Part shown: in pieces, positions 42,001 through 64,000 of the stretch
Position numbering within the stretch: the stretch's first letter is position 1
Layout of the letters: each line of letters opens with the position of its first letter
Assembly (NCBI RefSeq): GCF_009914755.1
Contig: NC_060932.1
From: the human T2T-CHM13v2.0 reference genome, Homo sapiens
Direction: 5' to 3' (one strand)
DNA length: 64,000 nucleotides
Notes under the pieces: model-generated
Told to the model about the DNA's origin: nothing
The model's input: the letters and a program-made list of their open reading frames with translations, nothing else
Database searches by the model: none
Translations under genes and position numbers: made by a program

Positions 42001-44180
42001 AATAGGTAATTTTTAAGTAGATCTTTATCCAAATACAATAAAAAAGCAAAAAAGAAAAATGTCTGTAAACATTTTCATTTTATGTCAATGCCATTTCCAA
42101 ATTCACCTTCCACTACTACAATGAACAGCAGAAGTGGTATAAAAAAAAACCTCTAACCTAATGATCTATACAAAAAGGGAGACAATTTACTCTCTACACA
42201 TTGCAGTATATTCAAGTGGTGAAAAGATATAAATTCTTTCAGAACTGCCATATTCTCTGGCTGTCAATATAGTCTCCTGAATAATTATATTAAACATATT
42301 ACTACAAAAGGTACCAAGAAGTAGCGAATAACACTATATTTTTGAACTGCAAATAATAAAACAAAACAGAAGTCCAAGAAGGCTAAAGTCTAAGCTGTAA
42401 TTACACATGAAGTGTATGTTGAAAGCAGTCACAATGTACGAAAATGTGACAAGATATCCAGATGTTTAAAAAAACACATCCTGTTTGTCTCAGATTATAT
42501 CTAGTTTCATCTTGTAGGTTTCTGATAAGCCTGTTATGTAAAGTGTGTTTCCCTCCTGCTGATAAGAAGCAGCTTGCAGATATCCATAAATTTTTTAAGG
42601 AGTGAGTCTACTCGGCAATATTGGTAACTCCATAGTTTCCTATTACATTCATTCGTCTGAAAACTGAAAACAACTCATGACTGAAATATTCTTCCATTCC
42701 TTTGCCAGTTTTCAAGTTTAAAATCAAAGGAAAGTTGAATGTATTGCTTCTTGTAATCAACAGGCATTTCAAAAAGAGGGTAATTAACCAAATCAAGTGT
42801 TCTTTGGTCAAGTTAGTAACAGGCTTTCACTTTGTTCTAAATCCTTTCATAATTTTTTTTCTAATTTTTCCACTATGGCCTGAATCTTACAAACAGCCTC
42901 TTTTCTGGCCTGCCGTACAGAGTCCTGGCCCCCAGTTTCAACTGAATCCAGTTCCAAAAGTTCCTTGGTTAGCATTTCTTCCAGAAGCCAGTATGCTTAG
43001 TCTGTCTTTTTTCCTACAAATTATTCTACTTCTTGTTCAAGATACTGGACCTTCTCCACCACATGTATGATTTTTTTAATATTCGGAGGAGTACTTTCAT
43101 CTGAAGGTACACATTCTTCAGGAAGACTGCTACTTTAATCTTGATTGTTGGGATGGTCACTGGTGGCATTACCATACAGCTGAGGCTCAGCACTATATTG
43201 GACTTAGGAATCCGAAAGATCTGAATCATTCTTGTTCACTGTCCCAGAGGATTCGTACTAATGGACGCTGCAAGGGAAGTTGTGCCGGTTCATGCTTTGA
43301 TCTGATTGGCTATAGGGGTATGAAGAATCCTTGGGCTGCTGGAGTGGGGGTGTATGCTGGAGTGGGGGTGTAGGGGGTGACTGAGGAGAGCCACTGCTAG
43401 GCCATGGTGAAGTACTTTAGGTCATGTAGAGATTGTCAGGTGGTGCTGAGGGCGCTGACGAAGGCCAGGGATAACTGCCACCCATTCCATAAGCACCAGG
43501 AGAAGCCCACACATTCTCTCGTGGTCGTACAGTTTGTCCTGATTGTGGAACACTACGATTACCATCTCCATAAGGATAATGGGGCAGGGTCATTCCAGAG
43601 TTCTGTGAAGCTAGATACCCTGCAACCTGCCCCCTAAGAGGGTGTACTTCAGTCTGACAGTCCTGCTGGGGATAGACTCCAGAGACTGGAGTTGGGCTGT
43701 GCCAGGTGAACGGTAAGTACTTGCAACTACCGTGGAATAACTGGTCTGAGTATAACCAGGTGCATAGTAAGCCCCTGAGTATGAGGCAGTATTTGCCCCA
43801 GGGCCTGGGGGGTATGTTGGACCGTATGCTCCATTTGTATAAGAATTCAAACTTTGGTGGCTTCCTCCGGCTCGACCAGGCTCTGGCCAGGCGCCTCCAG
43901 AGGGATAGCAGCCATCGCCTCCTCCGCCTTCTCCCAGCCAGGTGGTCTCCGCCGGGCCGCCCCCGCGCACCCGCCAGGAAATGGGAGGCTGGGGAGGTTC
44001 GGGGTGAAAAGGGTATAAAGGTGGAGGTGGGTGCACCGGCACATCTCCACCCCCAGGCCCGTAGTAGCGGCTGTAGGACAGATGGTCACTGGGGCCGTAG
44101 CCCAAGCGCCTCAGGGCCGACATGGGCTCCGCTGCCCTGAAGTGCTTCCCACCCCCAACGGCCGACCCATCGGGCAAGCC
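39063..44180 (-). pseudogene. BAG4: BAG4 (SODD) processed pseudogene; CDS remnant 42847-44123 plus long 3'UTR and decayed poly(A)
   Basis: MSALRRLGYGPSD..YYGPGGGDVPVHPPPPLYP and BAG domain IKKIIHVVEKVQYLEQEVE*FVGKKTD*AYWLLEEMLTKE; intronless; AATAAA at 39127-39132; T-rich tail at 39063-39105; TSD-like aaattaag..tttt at both ends. The 3' boundary is less certain than the CDS. Confidence 0.92.
39198..40148 (+). mobile_element. 5'-truncated SVA (SVA_A-like): VNTR + SINE-R + poly(A)
   Basis: tctgggaagtgaggagcg VNTR units; HERV-K-derived SINE-R; AATAAA and A-tail; TSD aaaaagtccagatgtg at 39182-39197 and 40144-40159. Confidence 0.94.
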
Positions 44181-44360
44181 AAATTAAGTTTTAATTTACA
44201 CAAGCCACTGCATATTCTTAGACAGTGTTTAGAACTTGTGTGATTTTGCTCTGACAATACAAAATTTTGGATAAGATCCAAAACCTTACTCAGAATTCAG
44301 ACTTAGTTCTCTTTTCAGGTTATGGATTTCTCTTTACAGATGCATAGAGAAGTAATTTTA

Positions 44361-44662
<302 letters not shown>

Positions 44663-44679
44663 GAAGGTTTCAAGTCTAC

Positions 44680-45253
44680 TGTATTGGTCAGGGTTCTCCA
44701 GAGAAACAGAGCTAAAGGAGATATAGATATACAGATACAGGTACAAAGAGATAGAGATAGAGATATACAATTTATATAAGGAGATATACTATGATGAATT
44801 GGCTCACATGATTAAGGAGGCCTAGAGGTGCTGAGATCTATAGTTGCCAAACTGAAGACTGAGGAGAACTGGTGGTGTAGTTCTGGTCAGAGACCAAATC
44901 CCTGAAAACCAGGGGAGTTGACCGTGTAAGTCCAAGTCTGAAAGCTGGCAAGCTCAAGACCCAAGAAAAGCTGAATTTTTAGTTCAAGTAGTAGGCAGGA
45001 AAAGACTAATGTCCCAGTTCAAGAAGTCAGGCCAGAAGCATTTCCTTTTGCTCAGCCTTTTTGTTCTATTTGGGTCTTCAATTGGTTGAAAGAGACCCAT
45101 TCACATTAGGGAGGGCAACCTGCTTTACTTGGTTTACCAATTCAAAGGTTAATCTCATCTGGACACATCCTACAGGCATATTGAGAATACTGTTCGGCCA
45201 AATTTCTAGGAGTCCAATGGCCTAGTCAAGTTGACACACAGAATTAACCATTA
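44680..45253 (-). mobile_element. MLT2-like LTR
   Basis: tgtattggtcagggttctccagagaaacaga ... gtcaagttgacacacagaattaaccat. Confidence 0.8.
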
Positions 45254-45409
45254 AGTGTACTAAGCTAGAAAATCCTTCCAAATGTTACAGTTCACATATG
45301 ATGAAATCTTAGCAGAGATTTTCCCAAATTTGGCAACAATCCTAAAAACGTATGTGATATTACGAATAATGAAGTGTGAAACTGAAGCAAACTCTTTTCT
45401 AAGATTTTT

Positions 45410-45543
45410 AAAAATATAGACACAGGGTCTCACTATGTTGCTCAGGCTGGCCTCAAAATCCTGGCCTCAAGAGATCCTCCTGCCTCAGCCTCCTGAGTCA
45501 TGGGAAATACAGACATAAGCCACTGCGCCCAGAAGAAATAAAC

Positions 45544-45545
<2 letters not shown>
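45410..45545. repeat. Left copy of an Alu-monomer-containing duplication flanking the L1
   Basis: Matches 50564-50707. Confidence 0.85.
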
Positions 45546-50563
<5,018 letters not shown>

Positions 50564-50707
50564 AAAAATATAGAGAGAAAGAGACAGGGTCTCACTGTGT
50601 TGCTCAGGCTGGCCTCAAAATCCTGGCCTCAAGAGGTCCTCCTGCCTTAGCCTCCTGAGTAGCAGGGACTACAGACATAAGCCACTGCAACCAGATGAAA
50701 TAAACTT
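50564..50707. repeat. Right copy of the duplication flanking the L1
   Basis: Matches 45410-45545. Confidence 0.85.
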
Positions 50708-51067
50708 TTCTAAGCTAGCAATAATTTTAAAAATTAATCAACCACAAAAGACTAAATTTTTTATTGTCTCCATAGAAAATATTGCAAAAATTTCAAAGAG
50801 AATTAGCCAAAGATGAAAAACAAATAAATAAGAAAATACTGCAAAATTGCTGTTAAATGAAGAAATAACTGAAGAGTAAGCAGTCAAGAAATATAAAGGA
50901 AAAAAGGATACAAGACATGTCTGGTAGTTAATTAATAAAAATATTATCTTATATTTCTGGATTTTTTATGTCTGATAAATCTGTTGACTCTTTAAAAATT
51001 TGTAATTTATTGGGATTTCTTTTTCATTCTAAATAAATCTTTTTTATACTGAATTTTGTGTTTGTAA

Positions 51068-51386
<319 letters not shown>

Positions 51387-52452
51387 TAAATTTTGTATTC
51401 TTTTTAGTAAAGATGGTCCCTGACGTTGCTTAAGGCCCATGAAGTTAGTCTCTCGACAGGCCTACATCATTTCATAGAATAAGATTTTCAAGCTGAAGGC
51501 CCTTGGATCTCTGGAAATGGGGCCTGCCATAGTATTTTCTAAACGTTTCCCAGTTGACTCTATTGTACATCCAAGGTAGAAAATTGCTGTTCCAGCCTAA
51601 TCTCTTCATTTTACAGATGTTGAACCTAAAGACCAGGGAGAGGCTGGAGCTTGTCACAAGTCTCAGTGGGTGTGAGGTAAAACTGACCTGAGACCAGGAA
51701 TGTCCTACACTCAGACCAGAACATGACAATAGTCCCTTCCCTGTTCAGTTTTAGGAATGATCACAAACAGTATTTCAGTAGATTACTAGTAGTGCACACT
51801 CTCAAAGGTTTGCTGGCCAGAGAGAGGAAGAGGGATGTTCTCAAATCCTGAAGCAGAAAATATATTGTTTACATTCAATTTTCATTCTTCTCTGGCAACA
51901 CAGTTAAGCCCATGGAGTGGTTTAGAGACAAAAGATAGAACGTGAAGGTTTATGATCAGACTTAAAACTACTGTGTTGCCTTAAATGTTAAGGTCATTCC
52001 AGACTAAAAGCTCCTAAATATAGGCGTTCTATTTTAAGCAAAATAGTCTATTCTGTTTCCATAGCTTCATGTAAAGTTTGTTCTACACATTTTATTTTTT
52101 TAAGGCCCTGTTTAGGCCCTATTATTTAGATGGAAAAAAGTCACTAGCACATCCTAGGACTAATTTCCATTTAAATGTTGAAGGAGAAATCATAACAGCC
52201 TCTCCCTCTCTGAATTTCCAAGGCTGGGAATCACCAGACCCCAGTGATTTTCAATACCCTATCCAGCATAAAAACTGTTTTGTTCTATAAAGTACGGCAA
52301 GCCTATCATTTCCTCGGTGTTGTTATTATGACTTAATTTTTAATGGGAGTCTGCAGTGGATGGAGCACAGTTAGGTTTTTTGTAACAGTATTCTGTAAAT
52401 GGTTTTAAATCGTCCCTTTACTGTACATAGCAATTTTTTTAAAAAATTTTAA

Positions 52453-53195
<743 letters not shown>

Positions 53196-54508
53196 AAAAG
53201 CTTAATTTTTTACCAAAAGAAGTCTACTTATAAAATTCTCTCTGCAGGCAATTGTTTAAGATATTTATTCTCACAAAGTGAAACATAGTCTACATTAATG
53301 GACCACTAATCTGGTCATGTGAGAGTTATGGTTGATTTTTACTCTTCCTTAACTACCCCCATCCTTACACTCACAGTGCTCTGCATCCTCAATATCTCTC
53401 TTACCCACCGCTATTTTCCTTTCCTACTACTGCTGCCATATCTAGGCTCTCATGGTCTCTCTCCTGTTCCACTAGAATAACTTCTAATCCCTCCATTCTC
53501 CTTGAGCTCCTCTCCAATCTTCTTACATGCCGCTAGATACGTTTTTCTAAAATAAAAACATCTTCTCATCAAAATGTCCCTTCCATCTTCCTCCTGCCCT
53601 CCCTCCATGACTCCCATTTGCCCACCGGAAAATATAAAGTTGTCCACCACGTGATCTCTATCTGCTTCAATAGCAACTCTCAAAGTTTCACACACTTACA
53701 CCTCCTATGCCACAGCCATATTAAACTATTGGCAGTTCTTTAAACTCTCTTATAAGCATTGCTCTGCCTAGACTATCCTTCTCCCCACTGTCCGCTTAAC
53801 TAACCCACTAGCATCCTTTAAGACACAGCACAGCAGTCACTTCCTCTCCGAAGTTTACCTGACCACAGCCCTCTCTGCAACCACCAGGAGTTGACCACAC
53901 ACCCTGCTTATTCCCCCACCAGGCACTCCGCATCCTCAGCAGAACATGATTTTCTCATTTGTTTGTGGTCCACATCCTCTTCCTCAAGGGAAAGCTCCTG
54001 AGGACAAAGTTTGCATCCTATTCATTTCTGTGTCCACAGTGCCTAAGTCAGGACTTGGCAGGTGGTGGCATGGTGAGGGATGGCCTTGGCCTTCCGTAGA
54101 GCAAGGCCCCAAGGAAATGAGATTCAATGATTGGGAAGACTTCAGCTGGAGAAAGACTTCACGTGGAATACAGCCCGGGAAGACCTGAATGGGGAACTGC
54201 AGTCTATGGCCCTGACAACCAGGGGACAGCTTAGAGATCGTTGGTGAGCTCTGCCTAAATCAGGGAGGTACACAAAGTGGGAGAGAAATGCAGGCAAGCC
54301 GATTCGACTGTCACAAGTAGTTCCTGCATTGATGGCAACTGATCCCATTGTCCAAACTCCCACAGAGTATCAAGGAGATCAAGGAGCCCCTGGGATTTTC
54401 AACCACTAGAAGCTGTTGATCAAGGAGACATTGACAAAGTAGACATTGTAGCAGCCAGAAGAATAAAATGGAAATTAGTTGATTAACAAGTCCTAAAGAA
54501 CCAGAGCA

Positions 54509-54768
54509 AGCCGGGCATGGTGGCTCACTCCTGTAATCCAGCACTTTGGGAAGCTGAGGTGGGTGGATCACTTGAGGTCAGGAGTTCCAGACCAGCCTGG
54601 CCAACATGGTGAAACCCTGTCTCAACTAAAAATACCAAAAAAAAATTAGCTGGGCGTGCCAGCTACTTGGGAGGCTGAGGCAGGAGAATTGCTTGGACAT
54701 GGGAGGCAGAGGTGGCAGTGAGCCAAGATCACCACATTCCAGCCTGGGCAACAAGAGCAAGAAGAAAA
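54509..54768 (+). mobile_element. AluS with internal deletion
   Basis: Alu consensus leading into a GGAA tail. Confidence 0.85.
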
Positions 54769-54769
54769 A

Positions 54770-54885
54770 GGAAGGAAGGAAGGAAGGAAGGAAGGAAGGA
54801 AGGAAGGAAGGAAGGAAGGAAGGAAGGAAGGAAGGAGAGAAGGAAGGAAGGAAGGAAGGAAGGAAGGAAGGAAGGAAGGAAGGAA
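54770..54885 (+). repeat. (GGAA)16-ggagagaa-(GGAA)11 microsatellite
   Basis: Counted directly. Confidence 0.95.
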
Positions 54886-56358
54886 GGGAGAGAGGAGGAA
54901 GCTTTTGGAAGAAACTCTTACCATATTTTTCAAATGGGCGAGGAGATCAATGATAACATGGGGAAATATCCTTTGAATCCCCCAGTTAGGAGTGAGGGCA
55001 GGGGAAATGAAAGAGATTAAACTCAACTTCATTCATTGTGACCCATCCTTGTGAGCAGAGCTCATAAGACATTGAAGGGAGGAGAAGGCTAAAACTCGTG
55101 GCTCAAATAGACCCCAGAGGATTCTCGGTTAACATTCATTAGCCTGGAAAAGTGAGAGCTGGTTACACTGCACACAGTAAGCAGTGAAGTCATGCACTGT
55201 CTCAAAATCATTTTTCCGTGGCAGGTGGACTTCCCAGGCAGCTGTGAAGATCTGTTTTTGAATCATGTGAGCAGAAAATGTCACGACCGCACGGTAATGA
55301 TAGAGCAACAAAGGAAAACGATCTCTTTTGGGTGTTTTTAAAGGGCTTAGGGTGCCCTTTGGCTCTGTCTAGTTCCAGAAATTACACACTCATGATAACT
55401 GCTAAGTAGCCTCAAACAAAAGAGCCCTATTTTCCATTCTTCATCCACTCTTACATCAATTTGCAGAGGCAAAAATAGGAAGCTGTTATAATACAGGGAA
55501 GAGAATGCCCCAGGCAAGAACATCAGTGGAAAAACATACTACGTTTAGGTTATAAAAATCACAGTGAATAGTTTATACAGCATAGACAGAAATAAAAACC
55601 ACCATTTAACAAACTGGCAAGTAGGCCCAACCATTTTTAAAACAAAGCTGTTCAATGGTACTAATGAATGAACCTTCATTAAGATAGAAATAGCCCACAT
55701 CATCTGCTCTTCCTTTTAATTAAAAGCACTGTAAGCAGGTTAGAAGAAAAGTCTTCCCTAATTTTTCAGGATAATGATTATCGTTACTGGATTACCATAG
55801 TAATCTCCCAATTAACACCTTAGACCTTGAAAAGCAAAATTGTGAAAAGATTTTGCAAATGCTTAGGTCCATATGTAAAGCAGTTCCTGGACATGTAGAA
55901 GTACAGATAAATGGTGCCAGATGCAAAGCCAGACACAGGCTGTTTTTCGGTTCATTATCTTTACTACCTACTGAGACAATTCATGAAGATTTTGAGTGAA
56001 GGTTAAAATTTAAAGTCTTTGCAAACACTTTAGACAAGCTCTTCAGAGTTTTCTAAAGTTTGACAAATTCTGTTAATTAAGCTATCAGAGAAATAACTGT
56101 CTGGAGTCCAACAAAATAATGTACTCAAGCATTTGTGAACCATAGCATACTGTAGAGAGATATCCCCACTGTTAATAGTCCCATAGCTTTCAAAGTTCTT
56201 CCGAAATAGTGGGACTGAAGAAGAAATAGAGGCACGGGGAGAAGAGGTGTATCCTATACGGTCATCTTTAAAAAACTACCTCCCCAAAATATATGTATAC
56301 ATACGTACATACATACATACATACACATGTGTATATATACAAATATTCTCCTATTTAA

Positions 56359-57166
<808 letters not shown>

Positions 57167-58756
57167 CAAAAAAAGCTTTTAAGCTTTAAAAAAAAGAAAT
57201 CATAAAATTTTGCTGTTTATTTATTCAGAATTCTGAATCTGGTCACCTTGCACTTGCCAAAGAAAAATATTGAAAGCAAGGTTGTAGGGGGTCGGGGTAC
57301 ATGCAGATAGAAACGCTAACCTCCTCCGCTACCAGGAGAAAAATTAGATTAGACGCAATTTAAACACTTAGTAAATTATCTCCACACTAACAACTATAAA
57401 TGTGATGTTCTTTATAAAAGGCCAAGACTCAGAAAGGGGAGGAGGAAGAGAGGAGACGGGGAGAAAGAGAGATCACTGTGTACATGTCGGAAGCAGCAGC
57501 CTATTAAAATGAGGGAACAGGGGAGGACGGACTGAGTCTTCCAGCCGCTGGCACTTGGGGGTGGTGACTGAGGACAGACATAAAAGCCTTGGAATTAACT
57601 AGTCCTAAAACTCCAAATGGCAGTCTGGCATCCAGTTGTTTTTGGCCACAGAACTGACTCAGCCTTCCAAGTGCTGGGGAGGATTTGATTCCCTCCTGCA
57701 ATTTCCAGTGACCTTGAGAAGTGTGGAAGCGAATCAGGACTCCAGACACCTGAGCACGCTGATTTTAAGTAATTGCCACGTGTCAACAAATTAATCAGTT
57801 AGAATGTGACCCATCCAAGCGAGTTATCCCCTAATCTTAAGTAATAAAAGCAGAATCCAAAAGATGTGACCAGTGATTAGAATTGATTAGACCTAAACAT
57901 AAATCTAGGCATATCTAGGAGGGCATTCGCAAAGTAAAAATAGTTATGTTGAGGCCATGGAATAATATGACTTTTTCTTTAATTTTTGTTATGTTATTTT
58001 TGCCATTTCAAAAGCGACAAGGAAAAGTTAAGAGATAAATGATTATAAGAAAATATTTACAACTTACATCACAAAGAACTAACATACAAAAGCTCTTAGA
58101 ATTTCAGGGTTAAAAAAGACAAAGATACCTATAGAAAAAGGTTTTAAAAACATAACCAGCCTGTAGTCCCAGCTACTCAGGAGTCTGAGGCGGGAGGATC
58201 GCTTGAAGCCAGGAGTTCAAGACCAGGTAATACAGTGAGACGTCATCTCTAAAAAACAAAATATAATGAAATCTCAGAAAAAGACAGGTCATTTGCTTGT
58301 TAACATGTGGAAAAGATGCTTAACCTCAATTCATAAGAGAAATGCAAATTCAAAATGCAGTGAGATATAATTTCTCACATGTCAGATTGGCAAAAATCCA
58401 AAGGTTGACAATTCATTTGGCTGATAAGCCTGGGGAAAAACCAGCTCTCTCATACATTGCTGACAGGAATAAATTAAAGAAGCATTTACCGTTAGACCCA
58501 GCAATCTCACTTCTAGGAATCTATCCTGAATCTACATAAATACTAAACAAAATATTCACTGGGATAGTAATTGCAGAGCTGTTTGTGACAGCAAAAGACT
58601 GGAAACAACCCAAATGTTTCACCAATTAAAAAATGACTGAATAAACTACCCCCACAATGAAATATAGGCAGTCATGGAAAAAATAAGTAAGATTTCTATG
58701 TATTGATAAGGGGTAGTTTCCAGTACATATTAAGTGAAAAAAAAATGCACTACAGT

Positions 58757-59120
58757 TGCATCAGTCTGTTCTCACACTGCTAATAAAGATATACCCAAGA
58801 CTGGGTAATTTATAAAGGAAAAAGGGTTAAAAGTTTAGCATGGCTGGGGAGGCCTCAGGAAACTTACAATCATGGCAGAAGGAGAAGCAAATGCGTCCTT
58901 GTTCATATGATGGCAGGAAGGAAAAGAATGAGTGCCCAGCAAAGCGGGAAGCCCCTTATAAAAACCATCAGATTTCATGAGAACCAACTCACCAGCATGA
59001 AAACAGGATGGGGGAACCTCCCTCCATGATTCAATTACCTCCCACCAGATCCCACATGGGGATTATGGGAACTATAATTCAAGATGAGATTTGCATGGAG
59101 ACACAGCCAAATCATATCAA
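58757..59120 (-). mobile_element. THE1/MST-like MaLR LTR within old L1M sequence
   Basis: ctgttctcacactgctaataaagatatacccaagactgggtaatttata...acacagccaaatcatatca. Confidence 0.8.
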
Positions 59121-59321
59121 CAGTATACATAAAATGCTATATTTTATATAAGAAAGGAGGTAGACTGGGCACAGTGGCTCATACCTATAAACTTAGCTCT
59201 TTGGGAGGCTGAGTCAGGAGGATCACTCAAGCCCAGGAGTTCAAGACCAGCCTGAGTGACACAGGAACTCTATGAAATTTTTTTAAATATAGGAAGAAAG
59301 AAAAAAAGAAAAAGAGAGGGA

Positions 59322-59361
59322 GGAAGGAAGGAAGGAAGGAAGGAAAGAAGGAAGGAAGGAA
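59322..59361 (+). repeat. Short GGAA array, (GGAA)6-agaa-(GGAA)3
   Basis: Direct reading. Confidence 0.9.
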
Positions 59362-59989
59362 GAAAATAGGTAAAATAAGACTATATATACACAATATATG
59401 TATTATATATACACACTATATATGTGTGTTTTTAGTTTTGCTTATTTTTCCAGAAACTCTAGAAAGATAAATCAGAAATGAATACTAATAGAGCTAGTTG
59501 TATGGGGGTTAGAAAGTGGGGAATAAGGAGAAGGATAGAGATGGTAGTAAGACTTTTCTGAATATGCCTTTTTATATAATTTTGAGTTTTTACCTACTTA
59601 AATGTTTTAAATGTTCATGAAATAGGTAAAATTACATCAAAAAGGGAAAGAAACCCTAAAATTGGGAAAAAGAAAACTTAATTCTATATCCAGTGAGCAA
59701 CATACTGACACAAAGCAAAAATTTATTTCAAGTGAGTTTTAGACACCTTTTGGACAGTTCCTTCTTTAGTGGGATGTAGTCTAAAAATAAAGAACTACCT
59801 AAAAAATTCTCAAAATTCGCCTCATATTTTTATTGCTGTAATGATGTGATAATATTGACATTGTAATTTTGAAGCCCTTTTATGTGTCTACTAGGATCAA
59901 GCAAATAAATATGTTAATCTTATTTTTTCAATTTCCAACTTAAAAAGATATAAATATAAAATCAATAAGTTAAGAAAACCACATTGATT

Positions 59990-60292
<303 letters not shown>

Positions 60293-60785
60293 TAGCTTTG
60301 TTAAAATATGATTCACACACCATAAAATTAATCTTTTAAAGCACAAAATTCATTCCACAACCCATTTGGTTTTGTCAAAAGACAAAAAAAATGTACAAAA
60401 TTCAGAGCCGGGTGTGGTAGATTGCACCTGTAAGCCAGCTACTTCAGGAGGTTGAGGCAAGAGGATCGCTTGAGGCCAGGAGTTCAAGACAAGCCTGGGC
60501 AACACAGAGAGATCCCATCTCTAAAAAAATAAATAATAAAGTACAAAACTTACTGATTTTTGTTATATTCACAGAATCACGCAACAATCACCACTATCTA
60601 ATTTCAGAACACTTTTTATCACCCCAAAAGAAAATCTCATACCAATCAGCAGTCTCTCCCATTCTTTCTCCCACTTACCTACTTTCTGTCTCTATAGATT
60701 TGCCTATTCTAGACATTTTATATAAATAACATCAAACAATATTTAGACTTTTGTAACTGGCTACTTTGACTTTGCAAAGTAAATC

Positions 60786-62005
<1,220 letters not shown>

Positions 62006-62278
62006 TAAGGTTTCTTTGTGGATATATATTTTCATTTCTTCGAGAATATAACTAAAAGTGGAATTGCTGGGTCATATGGCAACTATGTTTAACATTTGGA
62101 GGAACTGCCAAACTGTTTTCCAAAGTTGGTATATCATTTTGCATTACCACCAACAATGTATAAGCATTCAAATTTTTCTACATCCTTGTAAGTACTTGTT
62201 AATGTCTGTCTTTTACTTTAGCCATCCCAGTAGGGATTAAGTAGTATCTCAATGTGGTTTTGATTTGCATTTCCCTAA

Positions 62279-63630
<1,352 letters not shown>

Positions 63631-63863
63631 TCTTGCCCATTTTTAATTAGATTTTTTTAATTGAGTTTTATTGTTGAATTGTATATATGTATATATTCTT
63701 GATACAAGTTTCTTATCAAATATGATTTATAAATATTTTCTGATAATGTGAAACAGAATTGAAAGTTAATATAAACTCATGATTTCTTCCCGTTAACATA
63801 TTTGGTAGCCCTGTTCATAGTTAGAGCCTAAAGTCAATGAGACTCAAGTGAAAATGAACCCAC

Positions 63864-64000
63864 TGTGATGGTTAATTTTGTGTCAACTTGACTGGGTTAA
63901 GGGATACCCAGATAGCAGTAAAATTTTATTTCTGGGTGTGTCTGTGAGGTGTTTCCAGAAGAGGTTAGCATTCATATCAGTGGACTGAGGAAAGAAGATC
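63864..64000 (+). mobile_element. MLT2-like LTR start (runs off the window)
   Basis: tgtgatggttaattttgtgtcaacttgactgg. Confidence 0.8.

Overview
Human (primate) genomic DNA. It carries the 5' end of SLCO5A1 (OATP5A1) on the minus strand: a 907-nt first coding segment at 15353-16259, its 5'UTR and a CpG-island promoter at about 15.4-18.8 kb. Intron lies to the left and about 45 kb of repeat-rich upstream sequence lies to the right. That upstream region holds a near full-length processed BAG4 pseudogene with an SVA inserted in its 3'UTR, a 7SL pseudogene, nested LTRs, many Alus (one young AluYa5-type) and three GGAA microsatellites. Four L1PA copies are co-oriented on +: one in the intron and three upstream. 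I see no evidence of a wholly new gene system. The strongest unexplained signals are: (1) a non-tree-like patchwork of private variants shared among the four L1s, suggesting local gene conversion; (2) an L1 flanked by a ~135-bp duplication; (3) a tail-less, TSD-less internal L1 fragment; (4) long GGAA arrays upstream of SLCO5A1; (5) a uORF-dense 5'UTR containing a CGG repeat. Repeat subfamily calls and consensus comparisons are from memory, not from a search.
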